From positions 8,806,001 to 8,870,000 of the forward strand of contig NC_045696.1 in NCBI RefSeq assembly GCF_009834535.1: a stretch of DNA of 64,000 nucleotides, written 5' to 3'. Each line of letters opens with the position of its first letter. Position 1 is the stretch's first letter. Origin of the DNA: Camelus ferus (taxonomy: Eukaryota). This document shows, piece by piece, positions 11,550-25,151 of the stretch. The translations under genes were made by a program, and so were the position numbers. Below the pieces are notes generated by a model that worked only from the letters and a program-made list of their open reading frames with translations, had not been told where the DNA came from and did no database searches.

Positions 11550-11952
11550 GGGATATCTGTTCATCCATCTTCACAGCAGCGCTATTCACAACACCCAAAA
11601 GGTGGAAGCAACCCAGGTGTCCAACAGCAGATGGATGGATGAACAATTTTGCTAAGTGAAAGGAGCCAGACACAGAAGGACAAATGCTGTGTAATTTCAC
11701 TTCTGCGCGGTACCGAGGGTAGTCAAATCTATGGAGATAGAAAGCCGGGTGGTGTTACCAGGAACAGGGGGAGAAGGCAATGGGAAGCTGGTGTTTAATC
11801 AGTAAAGACTTTCTGTTTGGGAAGATGAAAAATTCTAGAGGTGGACGGTGGTGATGGCCGCACCACTTTCGGAATGTGCTTAATGCCGCTGAACTGGACA
11901 CTTAACACGGTTAAGATGTAAATTTTATGTTGTATGTATTTTGCCAAAATGT
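11550..11952 (+). mobile_element. L1MB-type LINE 3' end
   Basis: 'cagcagcgctattcacaa...aaaaggtggaagcaaccc...gctaagtgaaaggagccagacacagaaggacaaat...gaagatgaaaattctagag...aaattttatgttgtatgtattttgcc'. Confidence 0.85.
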
Positions 11953-12016
11953 AAGTAGTTTGAGGGTGAGATGGCATCGAGGTGGGGAAATAAGCAAGAC
12001 CGTGTTTCCCGTTTGG

Positions 12017-12580
12017 TGTCTTGGTTTCCTGGGGCAGCTGTAAAAAAATTACTGCAACCTTGGTGGCTGACAAAACCAGAAAGGTATTTTCTCACAGCTT
12101 TGGAGACTAGACATCTGAAATCAAGGTGCCAGCAAGGTTTGGTGTCTTGTGGGAGCCCTGAAGGAGACGCTGTTCCTTGCCTCTTCACAATAGCCAAAAG
12201 GCGGAAGCAACTCAAGTGTTCGTCAGCAGATGAAAGGGTGAACAAAATGTGCGTGTGTGCGCGAGCATGCGTGTGCCCACGCCGGAGGCTGCCGGCAGTC
12301 CTTGCTGCTCTTTGGCTGGTAGGTGTAGTGCTCCAGTCTCTGCCTCCCTCTTCACGTGTCTCTGGGTCTCAGGTCTCCCTCTGCCTTTCTCTTATAAGGA
12401 CACGTGCCACTGGATTTGTTTCCCACTAAATTCAGGATAATCTTATCTTTAAATCCTTAACTTAATTACATCGGCCAAGTCTCTTTTCCCAAATAAGGTC
12501 ACATCTGTAGGTTCTAAGGAGATGTGTCTTTTTTTTTTTTTTTTTCTTTTTGGAGGGAGGGCACAATTTGACCCAGTGCA
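12017..12580 (-). mobile_element. MLT1C/D-like MaLR solo LTR with an internal L1 fragment (~12181-12250)
   Basis: TG...CA ends; perfect 5-bp TSD tttgg (12012-12016, 12581-12585); 'tccttaacttaattacatc' and 'ttcccaaataaggtcacat' motifs. Confidence 0.85.
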
Positions 12581-14109
12581 TTTGGGAAGAGTTGGCTTCT
12601 CAGCTCAGAATTATGAAGCAAAGAAAACTTGTTACGGATGAGCTGCTCCCACCCCTTTCAGTAGGCTACAGAAACTTCTTCCTGCCCCCTTGCTGTCCAT
12701 TGCACCCCCGTCACTGCCCTCCCCTCTCAATCTACCCCACCTGTCCGGCCAGATGCCAAAGCTCAGTACCTACACAGATGAATTTTAAATTTATCGTAAA
12801 TGTCTTGTTTCCATTTTCCGTGAGCGAGCAAGCAGGCTGATGTCAGAGGAGCGGGCAAGAGCCCATTTTACCCCACCCAGCCCTAGATTTTCATGTAATG
12901 GGGTCTTCTTTCGGTAAAACACTGACCTTAGGGGGTGATTATACTGGTGGAAATAGCCTGTAAAACACTCAGCAGAGCCCTTACACTGTCCCCAAGTCAT
13001 GCTGTATCAACACCCCCCACCCCGCCAAGTCCGCATGTCTGCCTGCTACTCCCAGTCTATGCCTTTTCCTTGGCCAAACAAACTTCTTTCAGGTCCCTTT
13101 GATCATTTTCTCTTTCCATGCCAAAAATAAACCTTGTTATCCACTGTGTCTGGAACATCCTCCCACTTTCCAGCCATATTGTTTTTCATTTCTGCATTGA
13201 TTTCAAAGTCTTCCTCCTTCAGGTGGGTTTAAGTGATGTCCCAAAATCATGACCCTTAATCCTCATTAAGATGGTGGTTTTAAAAAAACAAACTATTTTA
13301 TTCTGAATACACTGAAGAGTAAAGGAGTTGTCCGATGCCACCTGTGCATTGGACCAGGCGGGCCATGTAGGAATCTGAAACTAGATTGCAAAGCCTGATT
13401 CTAGGTAAATAAAAGGCATCTCCAGAAATTCCCATGTCTTCTTTTCTTTTTTCTTTTTTAATCAGAATGGCTTTGGATAAGACAACCGATCTGGATGGGA
13501 ATGTTTTGTAGTAAAAGTATTTGAAGGACCTGTGCAAGATCTATCCCTAATGAATGAAGCAAGAAAAATATAGGGTGGATTGCCCCAGCATTCCCAGAAA
13601 GATATGAGGCACATTAATATTATTTTTTTCTTTTAGCTTCAAGACTCTCATATTTCATTTGAATTCTAAAAAAAAAATGCTTGGTTCACCGGATGGTTTG
13701 ATTAAGTAAGCATTCTCTACTTAAATGGCGAAAATAAATATCCAGAGAGTAATCACACATGCCAAGTGTGCTCAGTGAAGCAATATGTGTAGGCAGCATC
13801 GGAAACAGTGACACAGTGATTATCTGTGCATAACTTGGTCATAATATCATCACTGTCTAGACTACTCGACAATTAACATCCAGACATACTATAGCTCAGA
13901 TTGAGGAAGGTCATTAAAAAATGAAAGAGTGGATAGTCCTCTTTGGAAAAGAAAAACTCAGTTCCTTCTTTTCTAGAAAGGTATACATTGGGATTTAACT
14001 TTGGATAAAGATATGCTTTTGGTTTCTTTTTATGAGTCTCTGCTTGGTCTCTGTTTCCATGAATGTAGATAAAGACAGCTATTTCTTCCAATTATCTGGT
14101 TTAATAGTT

Positions 14110-14110
14110 T

Positions 14111-14141
<31 letters not shown>

Positions 14142-14173
14142 ATATATATGTGTGTGTATATATATATATATAT
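14110..14173. repeat. Compound (TA)n(TG)n microsatellite
   Basis: Directly visible. Confidence 0.95.
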
Positions 14174-14454
14174 TTAGTGCAAGGCACATTGACTAGATGT
14201 GATAATTAACTACAGTTTCCATCCCTTCACGCTTCTCTCTCTCTATTGCTTTAAAGGACAGATTTCAGCTCTTAAGGAAATGTCAGTGTTATAATGGAAG
14301 TCCTTATGCAGAAGACACCATGACTCCCAAAGTCCACAGCACAATCTAAACAGGGATATTTGTAAGAAAACAACAGGAATCATCTTTCAAGTCATTGTAT
14401 CCTCATTTACCAACTGGAAATTTACATGACATAAATTCAAAGGATGGCAGGGGC

Positions 14455-14880
14455 GCTGTGTGTTCTCAGATTCCCAATTCTTTATCCTCCTGCTGTAAGA
14501 GGGAGCCCACATTTCCTAGTCTCCTTTGCAGCTGGGTGGGGTCACGTGATTAAGCTCTAGCCAATGAAATGAGGGCAGAGTGCATGCATGGCACTTCTAA
14601 GCCTGGCCCCTAAAACCTGCCGCCCAGCTCTCCAGGCTCTCTCTCTCTCTCTCTGCTGTTGTCCACTCACTAATGCAGCTAAGAGCTACAAAGCCTGGGG
14701 AGGGCAGCTTCAGGGAAAAGATGCCTGAGTGGAAGTCACCACCAGAAGAGGCACAGTGCCCCCCTCCCCAGAAGTCTTGCACTTATCCATGGCATGGCTG
14801 AGAAATAGAATTTGATTGTCTTAAGTCACTAAAAATCTTGGGCTGTTTGTTACAGCAGATAGTCCACACTGAGCAATATA
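14455..14880 (+). mobile_element. Old MLT1 (I/J-like) MaLR LTR
   Basis: 'cacgtgattaagctctagccaatgaaatgagggcagagtg...cacttctaagcctggcccctaaaacc...tgtttgttacagcag'. Confidence 0.7.
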
Positions 14881-15109
14881 TTTGTCTGACACAATAGCTG
14901 TTTATTTGATGTGTTAAAATAAGGAAACTTTCAGATATACCTAAGGCAGCTGAAGCCTGTTTTTGGTGAGTTTAAGTAATTCTAGCCAGTGTCATTAACT
15001 GCAAGTCACCCTTTGCATGGATATATCCCATGGAATTAACACGTTCCCTGGAGAGCACCTACTGTTTTCAACACCCAAACTTCACAGACCATCCATATCT
15101 TTCAGTCCC

Positions 15110-15560
15110 ATATTTATACTTACATCCTCAAAGGGCAATCCAATACCACGTCTCGTAATGAGGGAAAAAAAGCAGACAAAGCCAAACTGAAGGACATCCT
15201 ACCCACTACCTGACCAATCCTCCCCCAAGGTGTCCAAACCATCAGAAACTAGGAGAGTCTGAATAACTGTCATGGCCAAAGGAGCCTAAAGAGACCACAT
15301 GTATTGTGATATCCTGGATGGGACCTTGGGGTAAGAAAAGGACACCAGGCAAACACTAGAGGAACTTAAATAAAATATCAGCTTTAGTTTATAATAGCGT
15401 TTCCATGTTGGTTCATTAGTTGTTACAAAGGTACAGAGTGATAAAGGATGTTAACGGGGGAAAACTGGGTATGGCGTGATAGAATCTCTATTTTTAGCAT
15501 TCCAATTTTTCTATACGTCTATCTCAAATTTTTCAAAATTACTAATTTTTTAAAAAAGTG
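15110..15560 (+). mobile_element. L1MC/MD-type 3' UTR fragment
   Basis: 'cagacaaagccaaactgaaggacatcct...atcctggatgggacc...gatgttaacgggggaaaactgggt' motifs. Confidence 0.7.
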
Positions 15561-17549
15561 AATACATCATTTTTCACAGAATGACTGGTAGGAAAAAAAT
15601 CTCAAATTACATGTCCAGTTGGGTGACAGAGGGTGGTGAAAGCACCTTGGGGTCAAGGAGGGGTGTGTGTGCCTTGGGCGTGTGTTGTCAGTGCTGGCAG
15701 AGGCCAACCCTGCACACACAGCTGCTGTTGTTAACGACCTTGATCATCGCTCCGGCAATCAGGAAGCAAAGGTGCGAGCATTTAGCATGTTGACCTGACA
15801 TCGAATAATAAAAGTTAGCAGAAGGTGGAAGGGGTTGGTGTTTGCAATGGGGATGCATGGGGTTGCCTGGCGCCCTGACGGCCCTCTGAAATCCATCCTA
15901 TCGTAACTTCCTTGAATTGTGAGTTCGCTTTTCATCGATTCTGTCTCATCTCGGTGTTGGAATTATAAATTCCTTGAAGGGCTGGCTATATTTCATTCAT
16001 CTTGTCCTCTCCCCATCTCGCATAGCCCATAGGCACACATGCACATGCAAGCACATCCGCACGGTACCTAGCATGCAGACTCTCATAAACTCTGGGAGCA
16101 TGGGCAAGAGACATCATTGTAGGGGTAGATGGATCAAGGCAGACACCCCAGGCAGAAACCTTGAGTCTTCCGCCCATGACAGAGCTCTTCATTTGCAGGC
16201 TGTCCAGGAGTTCAGGCAGGATGCTTTGTGGAAACTTTGATACAGAACTGAGAAAGTGGGACCAATGCCTTTTCCCTGGACTTCATTTTTTTCTTCCACA
16301 TAAGTCAGTTCTCAACTGTTGAAGGAGTTAATGTTTTATTTTTTCCCCTGTGATGAAAATATAAGATCAGAGATACAGAAAGCCAGCTTTCAAAGGCAGA
16401 TGCTGAAATAACAAAGTTGCTTTTCAAATGAGTACTTAAGAAAATGGCCATTTTAAGTGGCATGGCACCAACATGGTTACGCCAGTATTTATTTTTCTGT
16501 GGAACGTGTGTGTATGTTGCGGGTTGTAAGTGGAACCCCGGCCAATCCCGGCCAGGCATAAAGGAATCATTTAGAGCCCTTCAAAATCATTAGGACTATT
16601 AGTCCTGACTTGACATGAGTGAAATGCACAAACTCCTGCCAAGGAGGGAACGGGTTCTGCTACTTTTCAAAGTCATCAGAGCGAGCTTCTCTGGGACGAA
16701 GTATTTCAGAGCAGAGAGACTTCCTGGCAATTGTCACCAGCACGTATGTAGCCTACATGCCAGGCTGTGGCTTCTGCTGGCCTCACAGCCCTTCGCACCC
16801 TTTCTGGGGAAGCTGTCATTGGCCACCCTCCTGGTGTCCAGAAAGTGGTTCCTGGAGCCACAGGGACACCTTGCTTTCTTTACTTGTGGGTGGAGGACAT
16901 GAACTTGCTCATGGCCGCCATCCCTCTTAAAGAAGCAGATGCTTGATTCCAAGTAGCTCCCCCTGCAGGAAGGATCATGACCTCATCCTTCAGGTTCCCC
17001 CAAGTTCTCCCCCTCTCACAGCACAAGGAAGCCTCTGTTTATTTTACTGATCCTTAAATTGAGGTGTCACCTGACACCTGCTTCACTAAAAACCTTCTTT
17101 CAAAGCATGCTGATTGCATGTGGTTTGGAAGAGAACATTTGGAGAGATGAAATGAACTGAGGTTTTTTATCCCCCACCGAATTAGTGTACACGCCCATTT
17201 CTCTCCAATCACACATATTGTACATTTGGACAAGACCCTTCACCTTGCAAGGTCTGAGGGATTTGATTTTTCAAATGGAGGGGTTGGCCTTGGCCAGAGG
17301 CTTTCAAATTGTAGGTTGTGAAATCAGTTTAATGGGCTGCAAGCAGCGCTGAAACATAACAGCATAAGTTTTTCTTGTTTTTTTTTTTTGCAGGTGGTAA
17401 GTGTAAGTACTGGGTTTAAGAAGCATGTAATTAAAAACACTTCTGTATCTAGGCATATGTCCGTGAGATTATGATGCAATATGTCATCTGAATTCTGAAA
17501 TCCACCGGTGCAGTCGATATCTAACCTCTTTACCGTGGATCATGCCTCT

Positions 17550-17830
17550 TTTTCGGTGTGCTGGTGACCTGCCCCTCCATCCTTCTCCACGCCTCTCCAT
17601 GCTCTGAGAGGGTGATCCCTGAGGATTGCCTCAGTGAGCCCTTTTGCTCTCTGGTCCCAGTTGGGTTCAGCTAAAGGGAGCCCAGGAAGGTGCCAGGGGG
17701 CGAGCAGACGGGTGAAATCAGCCTTTGTTTTCCCAGCTTGCGTTTCTTGGGGCTGTGATGAGGAAACACGCCCTGCCCATGTGACTCTGTCCTCAGCTCA
17801 TTCCGGTTTGAGTCTGCCTTCTGTTTCTTC
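17550..17830. mobile_element. LTR41-like ERVL LTR fragment
   Basis: 'cccttttgctctctggtcccagttgggttcagctaaagggagccc...gggtgaaatcagcc' resembles recalled LTR41. Confidence 0.5.
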
Positions 17831-18139
17831 TGGAACTGGAACAAATGCAATGTGAAGTGGCTTGAAATTATAGTTGTGTGTCAGCTTCATCCAAAATAGT
17901 TTTTTATATAAATTAAAGTTTATAGGGAGGAGGTGAGGGAAGGTTCTATAAAGTGCTCACTTGGTGGTAAGAAGGCTACTATACTAAAAGAATGTGGGAG
18001 GTAGTAATTGCGGTCTTTTGATGTAATCAGTGCTAGACAATTTAGAAGAAGGAGCACAGAAAACATTATCTAAGTGAACGTATTTCAGTTTATTATATTT
18101 AATGAAAACTTATTGTTTAATTTGATTTTCAACATGCAT

Positions 18140-18945
18140 GAATGTGACATTTCATTTGAAAGCTCTTATCTGCCCAGCACTATTCTAGGTGTTTGGGATA
18201 CATCAGAAAACACGACTGAGATTCCTGCCCTCATGCAGCTTACATTCCAGCAAAGGAGACAAAAATGAAACAATATTTATGGTAAATAAATGCATTATAT
18301 TACAAGTGCTAAGGGCTATGAAAAAAAGGCAGACCAAGGTAAGGAGGGGCAGGATTGCTGGGGGAAGTTGCAATACTACATGGAAAGGTCAAGTAAAGCC
18401 TCATTGAGAGGAAATTTGAGCGAAGCCTGAAGGGGGAGAGGTAACCGGCCAAGAAGATGTCTGAGAGGAGAATATTCCAGGTAGAGGAAACATCTGTGTC
18501 CTGAGGAGGTGGACTGGAGGGCGTGGGACCAACGTGGAAACAAGCGAGACTGGTGCTGAGCGGGTAAAGGGAGACCAGAGTGAGAGAGGAGATTGCAAAG
18601 GGCATGATGGACCCTCTCGGAATTTGGTTGCTGTTTTTTGTGTAATGGAGAACCACTGAAGGGTCCTGGCAGAAGAGTCATTGAGGCTGACGGAAGTGAT
18701 GGACACTCTAGCTGATGTGTTAAGCATAGACCATGGGGAGCAAGGTTGGGAACTCTGCGATCTTTTAGGAGACCAATGGGGTCGACCAGGAGAGATATCA
18801 TTGGCTCAGGATATGGAAGCAATAGAGGGTGGTGAGAAGTGGTTGGATTCTGGAAATTTTTTTGAAGGGAAGGCCAAGAAGATTGCAGTGAGTTGAAGAA
18901 GCATCAAAGAGGACTCCAAGATTTTGGGCCCAATTAAACTGAAAG
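18140..18945 (-). mobile_element. L2a LINE fragment
   Basis: 'cccagcactattctaggtgtttgggataca...gccctcatgcagcttacattccag...gagaaccactgaaggg...ggtgagaagtggttggattctgga...atcaaagaggactccaagatttt'. Confidence 0.85.
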
Positions 18946-18977
<32 letters not shown>

Positions 18978-20888
18978 CCTTTCATTAAACTCACATCACA
19001 GGAAAACTATGGCTTCAAGAATCAGCTGTAATGCTGTTCCCAAATGATGAAGACAGATCTGATTGTAAAGATTTGTGTTCCAAAGAATTTGCAGTTAACT
19101 ATGAACAATTGGACACACACCTCCAACAAGAACACGGTTTGTAAAATTCCACCCTAACTTTTTGTCTCCCCATGTTGATCATTCCTAAACTTTTTTTTTT
19201 TTTTTTTTTTTTTTTGGTAGTTCTTGTTTACATTGGTCAAATGGAGTAAAGTGACTGGAAGCTTTCTGAAGGAGCCTCTTTGCAAGTTGGGTGGCAGACC
19301 TCGCAGCCAGTGTGTTGGGGTGAACAGCATGCCATGAACACAACATCTTGCAGCTTCCTTCCACGGGCGTGCAACTGCTGCTCCACATGCCGGCAATCAA
19401 CCGCGGATGTATGGATGTTTGTTCCAGCTGATGCCGAAAAAGAGACACATTCAGTGAATTAGTTTTTAAGATTTGAGCACTTTATAGTGCTGTTGGGGCC
19501 ATAACTGTAAAAAAAAGAAAGGAAGGAATGTGAGAAGGCTGCTGTGTACTGTTATTAATCCCAGAGTGAGTCTCTTTAATGTAGTCCAGAGAACCAAAAC
19601 TCGACATACTACGTAGAATTTATGGCGAGAAGGGATCATGTAAACCATAAAGTTCAACCACTGGCTTTAAACAGTGGCATTAAGTGGCTGGGCCGAGAGC
19701 GGGTAGACTAGAACCAGGTGAATGGGCTGTGGCTGGTGCTGTTTTTCACCATCCAGTCTTTTTCCCTGCTCTCGATCTTCTGAAAATGGAGATACAATGA
19801 GCTCATCTTTCAGGAGTCAATGGGATGCCCAGAAGCTCTGGGTTCATGTGGGCAGTGAAACTCACTAGAAGAGAGTCTGGTCAACTTTGCATGGATGCCT
19901 TTATCTCCTCTCCATTTCTGCCTTGTTGCCCCCGGCTCCCCCACCCAGGAACCACAGACGCCCCACCTCCAACCTCTTCTGGCCTCGTTTGGTGAAGAAT
20001 CCCCGCTGAAGCAGACTTAATAGCCTCAACCCCGCCCTTCGTGATACTAAGGGGCAGGTCTTTGTTCAAGCTCCTGCCTCCCAGCCCAAGCCTCCCCTGT
20101 CCATCTTCCTGCCTGGTCCTTGGAAGGTTCAGCTTTCCTTCATCCTCCTCTCCCACTAATGTTGTCCTGAATTGGCTTTGAATGATGGGAAAATGGAAGA
20201 TGACCTGCTCCTTGCTTCAGTAATGCCACTTCTCAGCCTGGGATTAGGGACTGCAACAGCTACAGTCAGCAGATAACTGGGGTGCCACAACCTAAGGAGT
20301 AACCTCGCTGGTGACAACTGCCCACTGGCCCAACACTGACAGCATGACTCATCTGGTTCTGAATCCCCTGCTGAGGTCTCATACCCCATGTCAGATTGCA
20401 GAGGTGGGTCCTTAGCACAGACTCGTGCTTGGACGTAGGGAGATGGCTTCTGTAGAAAAGCCAGGATCCCCATCCCTGACCGTCCCTGGCTCATGGGTCT
20501 CCTACTAGGTTCCACCTCTCCTATTTTTCTCTCTCTGCCACATTTTTCACTGTCACTAGAGAGTGTGTCTGAGATCAGTCCAAAGGAAATTGTAGTTTCT
20601 CATAGCTGAAGGAGCACAGGACCAGAAGTTCGAAGAACACAGTTCTAGGGAAGATGAATAATGGACTTTGCCCCATAGGTCTGCATTACAGAGTTGCTGT
20701 TAACAGCAAACGGATACTTAATGTGAGTGTAGGCTCTTTGTAAACAATGAAGCACTGAGTAGATGTGGGATGAAAGTTATAAAAAAGCTCTGCTGTCTTT
20801 CACTTTTGAATAATTCCATGGAAATGTCAGGATTTTCTTCATTTGCTATCTCATTCATTCGCTATTCAATGAATATTTTTCAGATACT

Positions 20889-21474
20889 TGTATGCAGAAT
20901 TCTAAGATGACTCTGGAGATTTCTGCCTGCTGGTGTACAAACACTAATCCAGGTGTTCCAGTGAAGGGATTTTGCAGGTGCAGTGAAGATCCAAAATCAA
21001 TTGGCTTTAAGAAAGGGAAATTACTCTTGGTGGGCCTGACCTAATCAGGTGATGGGAAAAAAGAGAGCAGGGCTCTTCCTGGGGAGAAAGATCCAAGAGT
21101 GAGAGGGATCCAGTGTGAGGGAGGGTCTTCACCATTGACTTTAGAAAGGGAGGGAATGTGGGTGGTCCCTAGATGTGAATAGCCAGACAGAAAATGGGAA
21201 TCTCAGCCCTACAAACTCAAAGACATGAATTCTGCCAGCAATCTCAGTGAGTGTGGAAGCAGACTTTCCTCCCAGAGTCTTCAGATGAGAACACAGCCAC
21301 CCAACACCCGATCTCAGTCTCCTAAGACCCAGAGAGGAGATCCCAGGCATAGACTTCTGACTTGGAGAAGCAAGAGCTAATAAATGGGCGCTGTTTAAAG
21401 CTGCTGGGGAAATTTGAGAGCAGCTGCTAGCTGCTTTGTGGAAATTTGTTACAGAGCCATAGAAAACTAGTACA
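20889..21474 (+). mobile_element. MLT1E-like MaLR solo LTR
   Basis: 'cagaattctaagatgact...gtgaagggattttgcag...gggcctgacctaatcaggtga...ccagagtcttcagatgagaacacagcc...atagaaaactagtaca'. Confidence 0.85.
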
Positions 21475-22549
21475 ATGCCCCTCAAGGCAAGAGCCGTGAC
21501 ATCTAGAATGCTGTACCTTTCCTAGAGTCAGCATAATAGGTTTTAGGAACTCAAATAATAAACTCACCATGAATTAGTCAGGTGAGAGCATCCCATAGTT
21601 TGATTTCTTTTTCCCCCCAAAACAGGGACAGATGTGGGCTTCTCTGGTGCCATGCTATATCACCAAGCCTGTCTGCAGACGGACGGAAGGTGCTGGTGAC
21701 AGGATCTGCGTTTTCAAGCATCACCTTTAGTCGTGGGCTGTGCCAAATCAGATGGAGCACTTGGGGGGCTAGGTTCCTGAACCTGGACTCTTTATAGACT
21801 GCCCTGGTCAGCTGTTCGTCAGTACCAGAACATCAGTCAGGTTTTTCATTCTAATGAGCTTTCTGCTGGTTTATGCTTTCTGCCTAATGATTTTTCAGGT
21901 CTGTGAAGTCCAGTAACTAGCGGACTGCATATGCGTGCATCTGTGTATGTGTACGTGTGTGTGTGTGCACATTTTCTGTAAGCAAACACATTTCCCCCGT
22001 ACTTTGTCAGCTATTGAGTTGTGCTTTTCAAATTTCACTTGGTAAAAGAAACTTAGCTTTCTGCTCTATTTTTATACAACTTCCTGCATTTTTTTTCTTT
22101 CTTAAGAGTATAGTACATGAGAGCTTCAGAATGGACTTTCTCTCATTCCTTCTCATCCTTATAATCCTCCTGAGTTTCTCTCTTATTTCTTGCTGTTCCT
22201 CACCTGCTCTATTTCAATTTATTGATTTATGAAAATGTCCCTTGAATGCTTTTTGACTCAGCAGGAGGAAAAGGAACCAGTTAAAGAATGGTGAAACCAC
22301 TTAGTTCTTCTGAAAAAGGAAGAAAATGAGGGCAGTGCATTGAGAAGTTTTTCAGCTTCTTATTTGGAAATGACTTGAGTATTACCCTTATCGCTTACCC
22401 TACCCTCCAGCAAAGTGAATACCTCCCTTTCCCTCAGGCATGCCCATTGGAACATAAACTCCTTGTTTCTCAGTTTCTCCACTTACAAAAAAAAAAAAGG
22501 CAAAAATTGTGCCTACATCATAGCCGTTATTCGTATCATGCATATTTGT

Positions 22550-23112
22550 TGTGGAGGAGATCAGAATATGCCAACCAAATTTTTGCCACTTTGGCCTAAG
22601 TATTATTTTAAGTTGAAAATAATTGAGCATCAACTGATAAAGAGTTCTCTGCCTTCCCTTTTATCTGCCTAAAACCAGAGCATAAATTTCCCTTTGAGAA
22701 AGGTGCCCCTCCCGCCTCTACTAGGAAGAAAAGAGCAACCTTTATCACTGACGACAGGGAGGCAACGCTAAGATGAGTTTGCATAAACAGACCTTATTTA
22801 AATAGCTCTTATCTTCCTTTGGTTCCCCCATATATTTCCTCGTTACTTCCCCATGATTTATCATTCCTTAAAGCCCAAATCCTCTTTTTTTGTTGTTTTT
22901 GTTGTTGTTGTTGTTCTTTTGGGAGGGTATATAAACCCCTAGGTCTAACCACTTATTTGAGTTTCACTTCTGTTCTGTGACTTCTCATACACGTAAATAT
23001 TAATACAAATTGTGTACTCTTTCTCTTGTTAGTCCATCTTTTCTTAGTTTAATTCACATACCCCTAGATAAGTGAACCTAAGAGGGTAGAGGAAACATTT
23101 TTCTTCCTAACT
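22550..23112 (+). mobile_element. MER34-like ERV1 solo LTR inserted into a MIR
   Basis: 'gatcagaatatgcca...gccactttggcctaag...atctgcctaaaaccagagcataaatttccc...gaacctaagagggtagaggaaa'; MIR halves on either side (~22440-22549, ~23113-23180). Confidence 0.85.
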
Positions 23113-24262
23113 GATTGAAAAAAAAATCTTAGCCCGGTGTCTGGCATATAACTAGGTAAGTTTAGCTATCACCGTTATTGCTTTTCTGCCTTCATTCCTT
23201 CCAATTTTTAAAAAGCGTATCATTCTCATTCTGCCCTCTCCACTTAGCCTCCTCTGCTCTGTAGTCCCTGCCGCTCTAAGAGCAGGCTCTCTCACCTCTG
23301 ATTCTGGAGGCGCTGATTGGTGCCTTTCCTGACTTTGATTGCATAACCCTTTGCATCAGTGTGGTTTATTCACATCCTTCTTGTTGAATTATAAGCTCCC
23401 GAGGACAAGAAACCTATCTAAAACATGTGCATCTCCCACTATAGCTCAGAAACTAGCACACAAATATGGAAGCAGGAGGGGACTTTCTCTGTCCTAGTGC
23501 CTTCTCTCCTTTTTGGAAGTGTAACCAGATTCCTCATCTGAAGTGAATCAAGGAATTGTCTTCTTTACCGCTCACCTTTCAGGACTGAAAATGATGTCTA
23601 TATTACTTCCTGGTTTTAATGGTATGTCTTACTCTTGGGAACAAATCTTTTTCTTAATAGTAAAGGCTTTTCAGAATTTGAGCCCCACTGATCTATGAAA
23701 TAGTTCTTTTTTTCTTTCACATTTTACACTTCCCTATACCCCCTCCTTGCTTTTTGTGCAGTAGAAACATCTGCTGGACATTCTTCTAAATCATGACAAC
23801 CATGGCTTTTAGATGGTACTGCATTAAATCCTAGTCTCTACTCAGACCTAAAGCCCATGTTGAAGCATGCCTCCCAAGAGTTCATGGTAATTACTTAAGT
23901 CTACCTTCTCCTCTCTCTTCTTTTGATTTTTTTCTAAATTTTCTTACTTTTCTATACTCTCCAACCTCATATTTGATAAAATCAAAAATATACACTGTTT
24001 GCATTTTCAGAAAACATATCTTAAATCTTGAATATTGAACACACGTTTCAATACTCTAAAGGGCAAAGATTTTACGTGCATACTTTTGGTTTCTTTTTTG
24101 ACTTCTAGGCAGAAATACTCCAAGGTCAGATAGAGAGTGAGAATTCATAAATATCTTGTTCATTTGAATTTAATAGAAATAAAGTCCTTTTAATGAAATT
24201 ATCGGAGGCTCATTTTAAGAAAGAATAGAAACAATACAAGGATAGAAAAGATCTTTCTCACA

Positions 24263-24733
24263 TTTGGGAGGCCTGCAGATGAAATGATGATAAAGATGTC
24301 AGGTCCTAACTCTTGGAAACTGTCAATGTTACCTTACAAGTTAAAAGGGACTTTACAGATGTGATTAAGTTAATGACTTTAACATGGGGAGATTTTTCTG
24401 GATTGTCTGGGTGGGCCCTAAATCCAATCTCAAGGGATTTTATAAGGGAGAGGCTGGGGGAGCTGAAACACGCAGAAAAGGAGGAGGAGCTATAAAGACA
24501 GAGACAGAGACTGGAGTTATGTGGCCACAAGCCAAGGAAAGCCAGTAGTCACCAGAAGCTCTGTCTCTCTTTCTCTCCCTTTGGAGGGAGCTCAGGCCTG
24601 CCTATCCCTTGGTTTTAGCCCAGTGAATCTGCTGAACTTCTGGCCTCCAAAACCGTGAGACAATGCATTTCTGTTGTTTTAAACCACAATGTATATTGAT
24701 CATTTGTTCCTAAAGCCAGAGTAAACTAATCTA
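24263..24733 (+). mobile_element. MLT1C/D-like MaLR solo LTR
   Basis: 'tgttaccttaca...aaaagggactttacagatgtgattaagtta...gggtgggccctaaatccaat...acttctggcctcca...tttctgttgttttaa'. Confidence 0.85.
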
Positions 24734-25057
24734 ATGTGTAAACTTGAGTATTTCTCCATGTATGTTCATATTTTTAATAAAAATGGCCTTATACCATGCA
24801 TATTATTTTTGTAACATGTGTTTAAATATCCTAAGTAACTCCCTGGAAAGAATTTCAATGGCAACATGGAATTTATTACATAGATGATACAAACATATTT
24901 AACCACTGTCCAACTGTGGCAGATTTTAAAACTTGTTGCCAATTCTTTGTCACTATAAATTATATTAAATAGCAATCATTTAAATGAAAACTTTGTACAC
25001 ATCTATGCCTTTTTTTTAAGACAAATATCCTACAAGTAGAATTTCTAGGATGAAGAC

Positions 25058-25102
25058 ATATATAAATATATATATATATACACATATATATGTATATATA
25101 TA

Positions 25103-25148
<46 letters not shown>
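25058..25148. repeat. (TA)n/(TG)n microsatellite within an old L1 fragment
   Basis: Directly visible. Confidence 0.95.
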
Positions 25149-25151
<3 letters not shown>

